DNA from: Aggregatilineales bacterium
Lineage (GTDB): Bacteria; Chloroflexota; Anaerolineae; Aggregatilineales; Ch27
Direction: 5' to 3'
Assembly (NCBI GenBank): GCA_029976025.1
Contig: JARKNX010000021.1
Coordinates: 19,624-83,623 of the forward strand
DNA: 64,000 nucleotides
In this document: one piece after another, positions 58,433-64,000 of the stretch
How the letters are laid out: each line of letters starts with the position of its first letter
How positions within the stretch are numbered: the first letter of the stretch is position 1
Position numbers and translations under genes: made by a program
The notes under the pieces: generated by a model
What the model was told of the DNA's origin: nothing
Databases searched by the model: none
The model's input: the letters and a program-made list of their open reading frames with translations, nothing else

Positions 58433-59650
58433 TCAATTATCTCCCAGGTCCGCCCCATCTGTCGAACCGTCCGACTCCGCCGGGATCAGCTCTGGCGGCG
58501 GCACGACCTGGCACATGCGCAGCCCTTCGCGAATGAAGCCGAGGATGCGGTCGGACTGGGTGCGCTCCATGGATTCTTCCAGCAGCGGGACAGCCAGATC
58601 GCAGCGGCGCAGGTACACATAGGCCAGCCCGCGCTGGTAGTAGCAGTAGATGCTGTCGAATTCCAGCGCCACGCACTGCTCGTAGGCGTCAATTGAGTCC
58701 TGGAACTTGCTCTCAGCGTAGTAGACCTGTCCGATCTGCTGCCAGGCGGCGGCGTAAGTCGGGTCGATATCCAGCGCCCGCCGGCAGTAGTCTTCGGCGC
58801 GGGCGTCTTCGCGCAGGTAGAGATAGGTCTGGCACAGCCGGAGCAGGGCGCGGACGTTGGTCGGGCGGATAGCCAGCGCCCGCTCGTAGGCCGCAATAGC
58901 CGCCGGCACGTTCTCCAGCGCCCGATATTTTTCCGCCGCCTCAAAGTACAGAAAGTCCAGCGTCGGGTGGAGGGCGATAGCGGCTTCGAGGGCCCGGATA
59001 GCGCCCTCGCGGTCGCCAAGCCAGGTCAGCGCGTAGGCGTAGGCGCGGAAGCTGTCCATGCTGTCCGGGTCGAGTGTGACGGCCCGCTCGCCCATCTGAG
59101 CGGCCTGCTGCCAGCGCCCGATGTCGGCATAGGCCCAGGCCAGGTAAGCGTAGGTCGGCGCGTAATCGGGGTGACGCTCCAGCGTGGTCCGGCCGAGCGC
59201 GATCGCCTCGTCCACGCGGTCGATCTGGTAGAGGCCATAAACCTTGAGCGCCAGGCCGCGCGGGTCGCCGGGCGCCAGCGCGATCATGTGCTCGGCGGCA
59301 TCCAGCGCCTCGGCCCCCCGATTCAACAGGAGCAGCGTGTGGGCGTATTCGTTGAGGATATCGAGGGAGTCCGGCTCCATGCGCAGCGCCTCAGCATACA
59401 GGCTGGCGGCGCTTTCCAGATCGCCGGCCACATAAGCCGCGTACCCTTCCTGCGCGACAGCCGAGGCGGGGGGCGTCGGCGTCGGCGGCTCCCCCAGGAA
59501 GCTCACTGCCGCCGTCTGCAAGCGGTCGAACTGCCAGATGGCAAGGATGATGATCAGCGCCCCGGCCGCCAGGCCGATCAGCGGGCCGGACGATCGCCGC
59601 GGATACCCGCCGCCGAAGCGCAGCCGGGATCGATCACGCCGGATATACAT
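58433..59650 (-). CDS. Single-TM TPR protein 2
   Basis: Same architecture; PDYAPTYAYLA, LDFLYFE. Confidence 0.87.
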   Translation of the reverse strand: MYIRRDRSRLRFGGGYPRRSSGPLIGLAAGALIIILAIWQFDRLQTAAVSFLGEPPTPTPPASAVAQEGYAAYVAGDLESAASLYAEALRMEPDSLDILNEYAHTLLLLNRGAEALDAAEHMIALAPGDPRGLALKVYGLYQIDRVDEAIALGRTTLERHPDYAPTYAYLAWAYADIGRWQQAAQMGERAVTLDPDSMDSFRAYAYALTWLGDREGAIRALEAAIALHPTLDFLYFEAAEKYRALENVPAAIAAYERALAIRPTNVRALLRLCQTYLYLREDARAEDYCRRALDIDPTYAAAWQQIGQVYYAESKFQDSIDAYEQCVALEFDSIYCYYQRGLAYVYLRRCDLAVPLLEESMERTQSDRILGFIREGLRMCQVVPPPELIPAESDGSTDGADLGDN

Positions 59651-59652
59651 GG

Positions 59653-60903
59653 CTAGAAGATTCCAATAGGGGTCGGGATAGGCGTCGGCGTTGGCGCTTC
59701 GGTCGGCACGATGGAGAAGTCATAGTTCGGGTCGTCTTCGGCGCACATATACAGCCCTTGCAGGATATTGCGCCGGATATCGGGCGAGTCGGTGTAGTTG
59801 AGCGCTTCCTGCAGGATAGGCACGCCGATGTCGCACTGGGCGAGCCGGTAATGGGCCAGCCCGCGCAGGTACCAGCACTCGATATACTGCGAGCCGGAGA
59901 GTTCCACACAGGTGTTGAAGGCGTCGATGGCGCTCTCGTAGTTACGGCGGGTGTAGTAAATCTGGCCGACCTGCTTCCAGGCGCGGGGGTCGAGGGGGTC
60001 GCGCTCCAGCGCTTCTTCGCAATAGTACTGGGCACGGTTATCAATACGCATGCTGAAGTAGGTCTCGCACATGCGGACCATCGCTTTGGTGTTTTCTGGC
60101 TGGATTGCCAGCACGTGCTCGTAAATAGCGATCTTGGCCGGGTCATTGTGCAGGCCGGTGTACGCCCCGGCCAGCTCGAAATACAGGAAATCCAGGTACG
60201 GGTGAATCTGAATGGCGGCCTGAAGCTGTTCCGCCGCCAGATCATAACGCCCGGTCCAGACCAGGCTCTGGGCGAAGGCGCGCCGGGCGTCGATATTGTT
60301 GGGGTCCAGCTCCACCGCCCGGCCACCCATCTCCTGCGCCTGCCGCCAGCGGCCCAGCGCGTTATAGGCCCCGGCCAGGTAGGCGTAGGTCGGCGCGTAA
60401 TCCGGGTTGAGGTCCAGCGCCTCCAGGCCGATCGGGATGGCTTCTTCCGCCCGGTCCAGCAGGTCCAGCGCCCAGACCTTGAGGGCATAGCCGCGCGGAT
60501 CAGCCGGGGCGGCAACGATGGCCTGTTCGGCGGCGGCCAGCCCCTCTCCCAGCTTGTTCTGCAGGAGCAGGATGCGCCCGTACTCGAACAGGTAGTCCAC
60601 ATTGGTCGGCTCCAGGCGCACGGCCTGGCTGAAGTTATCCTCCGCTTCGGGCAGGCGGCCCGCCAGATACGCTTCGTAGGCGGCGTTCGCCAGCGTCGGC
60701 GCGGCTACAGTCGGCGGGGGCGGCTGCACCAGCGCCAGCACGCGCGGCTGGATAGCCTGAAACTGCCAGGCCACCAGAATGATGCCGGCCATCATGCCGA
60801 TCCAGAGGAGGATCAGCCAGAGTCTGGCCGCGTGTCGCCGCCGACCGGAAAAGTTCAGGTGGGAGGCGCTGCGGTTGATGCGAATGCCGCGTTTGAAGTC
60901 CAT
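59653..60903 (-). CDS. Single-TM TPR protein 1
   Basis: Same architecture; PDYAPTYAYLA, LDFLYFE. Confidence 0.87.
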   Translation of the reverse strand: MDFKRGIRINRSASHLNFSGRRRHAARLWLILLWIGMMAGIILVAWQFQAIQPRVLALVQPPPPTVAAPTLANAAYEAYLAGRLPEAEDNFSQAVRLEPTNVDYLFEYGRILLLQNKLGEGLAAAEQAIVAAPADPRGYALKVWALDLLDRAEEAIPIGLEALDLNPDYAPTYAYLAGAYNALGRWRQAQEMGGRAVELDPNNIDARRAFAQSLVWTGRYDLAAEQLQAAIQIHPYLDFLYFELAGAYTGLHNDPAKIAIYEHVLAIQPENTKAMVRMCETYFSMRIDNRAQYYCEEALERDPLDPRAWKQVGQIYYTRRNYESAIDAFNTCVELSGSQYIECWYLRGLAHYRLAQCDIGVPILQEALNYTDSPDIRRNILQGLYMCAEDDPNYDFSIVPTEAPTPTPIPTPIGIF

Positions 60904-61092
60904 AGTCTCGCTGCCGGCTCAGCCGCCCGGACGCGTGTCCGGCGGCGGGCGGCCCCATCTTCGCTGTGATCGTACCACACAAACCTGAGCGCCAGATAAT
61001 AAAAGTGGGGGGCGAACAGCAGGCGGCAGGGAGCGAGGGCAAGGCGGGCGCGGGTGTCCAACTGAACGTCCGCGTCCCTCGCCCCTCACTTC

Positions 61093-62706
61093 TTACTGGG
61101 CCAGCTCCGGCTGGTAGGCGAAGTGGATGTGGGCCAGGTCCGGCGGCGGGGCGGGCATCGGCTCTTCCCAGCGTACCGGGCGGATGAAGGTCTCGCCCTT
61201 GGTATGCGCCGCGATCAGGGCGAGGGCGTGCCGCCACTCCTGCTCCACGTACTCCGATCCGGCGGCGTGGCTGGACCAGAACAACTGGAAGATGTCGGCG
61301 CGGTCGATCAGGGCGATCAGCTCCTCCCCCCAGTGCTGGCCGGGCCGGAGGGTGGTCACATCGCGCAAGTATTCAATGCCCAGCGCCTTGTAAGCCGCCT
61401 CCACCCGCCTGACGATCTGCTCGTCCTTGTGGCTGTAACTGCAAAAGACTGCGTCATAAGCCCGCGCGGATTCCTCCACTGTCTCAGCCGTCGCCGCGTC
61501 CGCCGTCTCGGCGACGTAGATCGAGATCGGCACGTCGGCCACGATCACGCCTTCCACGGTGAAGGTGATCCGGCCGTTGGCGGCTTCGTCAGGCGGCGCA
61601 TCGGTCGCCTGGAACTCGAAGTCGAAGCGGTGCCAGTCCTTGCGGAAGCGGATTGATGCTGCGGGCGGGTTGAATTCCAGGCCGGGGACGTCTGGTGTGG
61701 CCGTGATCAGGGCGCCTTCTTCCACCGGCTGGCTCGCCGGGCGGGTTGTCGTCCGGATATCCGCCCGGTCTTTGAAGCGCTCCGCGACATCGGCGCTGAC
61801 GCTGACCGCCGCCGTCTCGCGATAGAAGTAGGCGGCCAGCGGCTGCCAGTCGTGCGGCCTGGCCTCCCGGGGATAGTGGGCGGAAAACAGCACCGGCGCG
61901 GGGGCCGGCGGAACATCCGGAGTTAGCCCGGGGGCGGAGGGCAGCTCCGGCGCGGCTTCCTCTTCTCCCTCCGATCTGGTAGCTTCTGGCCGGCGGGCGG
62001 GGGCAGCGGGCGATGGTGAGGCGGGCGCGCCCGCTTTTTCCGCCAGTATTTTGTCCACGATGGCCGCCCGCTCTGACCGGTTGAAGAGGATATCTTCCTC
62101 CTGCAGGATGACGATCATCAGCTCATCCAGCAGGGCGCGCTGTTCCGCCGGCGAATCAGGCGCGATCGCTTCCCACCCTGACGCGCGGATGCGGGCCTCG
62201 ACGCGCTCCTTCAAATCGGCGGGCGATGGTTCCGCCTTTTCCGCCGTTTCGGATGCGTGCTGCTCAGCGTCGTGGCTGCCGCCCGGCCCGGGTTCGACCT
62301 TCGCGGGCGGTTCTTCGCTTTCGACCTGGTCCGACACCTCACACCCGGTCATGCCTGTCCGCGGGTATTCCGGCATTTCCAGTTCCAGCGTCTCATCAAT
62401 ACCCGGGGCGGGTGTCGGGGGCGCTGGCGCGATCGAGCCGGGTATCCACGGAAATGCAGGAGTGTCGTCTTCCTCAGGAGCGTCGTAACCGGGCGCTCTG
62501 CGGGCTGTATCCGCCGGGGATGCCCCCCGAACGGCCCCCGCTAAAGAGGCCGCCGAAAGCCCCAGCCCGATCAGCGGTATCAGCGGCAGCCCGAAGCCCT
62601 CGCTGGCCGGGGCGGGAGCCGCCAGGCTGACCAGCAGCCAGGCCAGCGAGAATACCAGCAAGGCGGTGCCGATCAGAATCAGGACAATCTGTCGTGTGCG
62701 CAGCAT
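61093..62706 (-). CDS. Membrane-anchored protein with C-terminal TIR domain
   Basis: Two N-terminal hydrophobic helices; acidic/Pro linker; TIR VFCSYSHKD..FQLFWS..SEYVEQEW; GGAGGAG RBS before ATG 62706. Confidence 0.88.
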   Translation of the reverse strand: MLRTRQIVLILIGTALLVFSLAWLLVSLAAPAPASEGFGLPLIPLIGLGLSAASLAGAVRGASPADTARRAPGYDAPEEDDTPAFPWIPGSIAPAPPTPAPGIDETLELEMPEYPRTGMTGCEVSDQVESEEPPAKVEPGPGGSHDAEQHASETAEKAEPSPADLKERVEARIRASGWEAIAPDSPAEQRALLDELMIVILQEEDILFNRSERAAIVDKILAEKAGAPASPSPAAPARRPEATRSEGEEEAAPELPSAPGLTPDVPPAPAPVLFSAHYPREARPHDWQPLAAYFYRETAAVSVSADVAERFKDRADIRTTTRPASQPVEEGALITATPDVPGLEFNPPAASIRFRKDWHRFDFEFQATDAPPDEAANGRITFTVEGVIVADVPISIYVAETADAATAETVEESARAYDAVFCSYSHKDEQIVRRVEAAYKALGIEYLRDVTTLRPGQHWGEELIALIDRADIFQLFWSSHAAGSEYVEQEWRHALALIAAHTKGETFIRPVRWEEPMPAPPPDLAHIHFAYQPELAQ

Positions 62707-62729
62707 GGCTCCTCCTCCGCCGCGCCAGC

Positions 62730-63173
62730 TCAGGCGCCAAGTATCGCGGAAGCCTGCCGGGCCAGCTCCACCACCGGCGGCAGGTCCTCCGAGGCCAGCA
62801 GGCGGGCGCGGATATGGCTGTCTACGTACAGCACGCCGAGCACCACTCCGCTCCGTATGATCGGAGCGCACAGAATGGTGCGCACGGCGGACTTCAGCCG
62901 CAGAGTGTCGCTCCCCGCTCCCCGCGCGTTGGAGCCAACCAGGGCTTCGCTGCTCTCCAGCACGGGGAGGATGGTGCTCTCGTAACAGGCGGCAAATTCG
63001 GGATTTTGCAGCGCCCCTTCATCGATCTGGCGTCCGGCGACGAGGATCGGCGTGTGCGACTTTCGGTTGCAGAGCAGGATACACCCGCGCTGGGCGCCTG
63101 TCCGATCCATAGCCTGATCGAGGATGCGTTCAAGCTGCTGTCGTTGTGTAGTGGAGAGTTCTATGCCGGGCAT
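62730..63173 (-). CDS. Stand-alone GAF domain protein
   Basis: LERILDQAM..GAQRGCILL, TILCAPII, LGVLYVDS; AAGGAG RBS and upstream TATAAT. Confidence 0.78.
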   Translation of the reverse strand: MPGIELSTTQRQQLERILDQAMDRTGAQRGCILLCNRKSHTPILVAGRQIDEGALQNPEFAACYESTILPVLESSEALVGSNARGAGSDTLRLKSAVRTILCAPIIRSGVVLGVLYVDSHIRARLLASEDLPPVVELARQASAILGA

Positions 63174-63249
63174 GGTGAACCACATCTCCTTCAGGGACTG
63201 GTGGGCTGGACGCCGCCATGTTGCTTTCTATTATACAGCGTGGGTCTAC

Positions 63250-64000
63250 TTACGCGCCTGCCGCCTGGCGCTCGATAGCCAGCGCCGCGCGTCGCCGGCT
63301 CTCCAGGCGCACGGCGGCCAGCCCCAGTGCGATGGTCAGGGTCAGCATCCCGGCCAGAATCAGGAAAGTTTCTGCCGTGCCGGCGGCGATGGCGTCCGGC
63401 GGGGCGGCCCCGGCGTCAGTGGTGATTTCCCCGGCCATTTCCGGTATCACGTATGACAGGGAGCGCGTGGCCCACAGCGCCCCGACCAGGGCGATGCCAA
63501 TGAGCTGGCCCAGGTTGCGCGTCAGCGCCAGGAAGCCGGAGGCCAGCCCCAGCCGTTCGTGGGGGACGCTGCCCATCACGGCGCTGTTATTGGGCGACTG
63601 GAACAGGCCGATACCCAGGCCGGTCGGGATGCTGAGCAGGGCGAAGATGGCCGGGGCGGTGGTCAGGTCGGTGAATGCGCCCAGCAGCCAGTAGCCTGCC
63701 GCGCTCACGACCAGGCCCAGCGTCGAGATGCGCATGCTGCCGATGCGGTCAGAGAGCCAGCCCGCCGCCGGGGCCACCAGCGCCAGCGCCAGCGGCCACA
63801 CCGCCAGAATCAGGCCAGTGCCGAGCGCGCTGACCTCCAGGGCGTCTTCCAGATAAAAAGGGATGATGATGCGGCTGGAAGTGGCGATGAAGACCAGGAC
63901 GGCCAGGATCAGGCTGACTGTGAACTGCGAGTTGCGGAACAGGGTCAGGTCAACCATGGGCTGCGCGACGTGCAGCTCAGCCATGATAAAGGCCGCCAGG
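63250..64000 (-). CDS. MFS DHA2-type efflux transporter (5' end outside window)
   Basis: PMVDLTLFRN, GWLSDRIG, GLFQSPNNSAVMGSVP. Confidence 0.9.
   Translation of the reverse strand, partial: LAAFIMAELHVAQPMVDLTLFRNSQFTVSLILAVLVFIATSSRIIIPFYLEDALEVSALGTGLILAVWPLALALVAPAAGWLSDRIGSMRISTLGLVVSAAGYWLLGAFTDLTTAPAIFALLSIPTGLGIGLFQSPNNSAVMGSVPHERLGLASGFLALTRNLGQLIGIALVGALWATRSLSYVIPEMAGEITTDAGAAPPDAIAAGTAETFLILAGMLTLTIALGLAAVRLESRRRAALAIERQAAGA

Overview
High-GC bacterial chromosomal segment. Its protein repertoire (single-TM TPR proteins, SH3/Ig surface proteins, DUF2723/GT-C glycosyltransferases) suggests Chloroflexota, probably Anaerolineae; this is inference. The backbone is a complete 14-subunit complex I (nuoA-N) on the + strand in canonical order, but spread over ~42 kb in six blocks (ABCD / E / F / GHI / JKLM / N). 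About 18 unrelated genes lie between the blocks, and each block has its own candidate promoter. Several membrane subunits carry extra domains: NuoJ has a ~215-aa tandem DUF4397-like insert, NuoH a ~115-aa C-terminal extension, and NuoL two inserts. Accessory content includes a TIR-STAND-TPR (NLR-like) protein, hicBA, a B12 radical SAM plus MBL-fold pair, and a membrane-anchored TIR protein containing a segment resembling the N-terminus of CpaF/TadA ATPases. There are also three tandem TM-TPR paralogs, an SDR/pseudo-SDR pair and several short REP-like repeat families. An unannotated ~175-nt transcription unit (55870-56060) has a 13-nt perfect complement to the 16S rRNA 3' end, a 9-codon ORF, two hairpins and a strong terminator. 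No rRNA, tRNA, CRISPR array or transposase was recognised. All calls come from reading the sequence; no searches were run.
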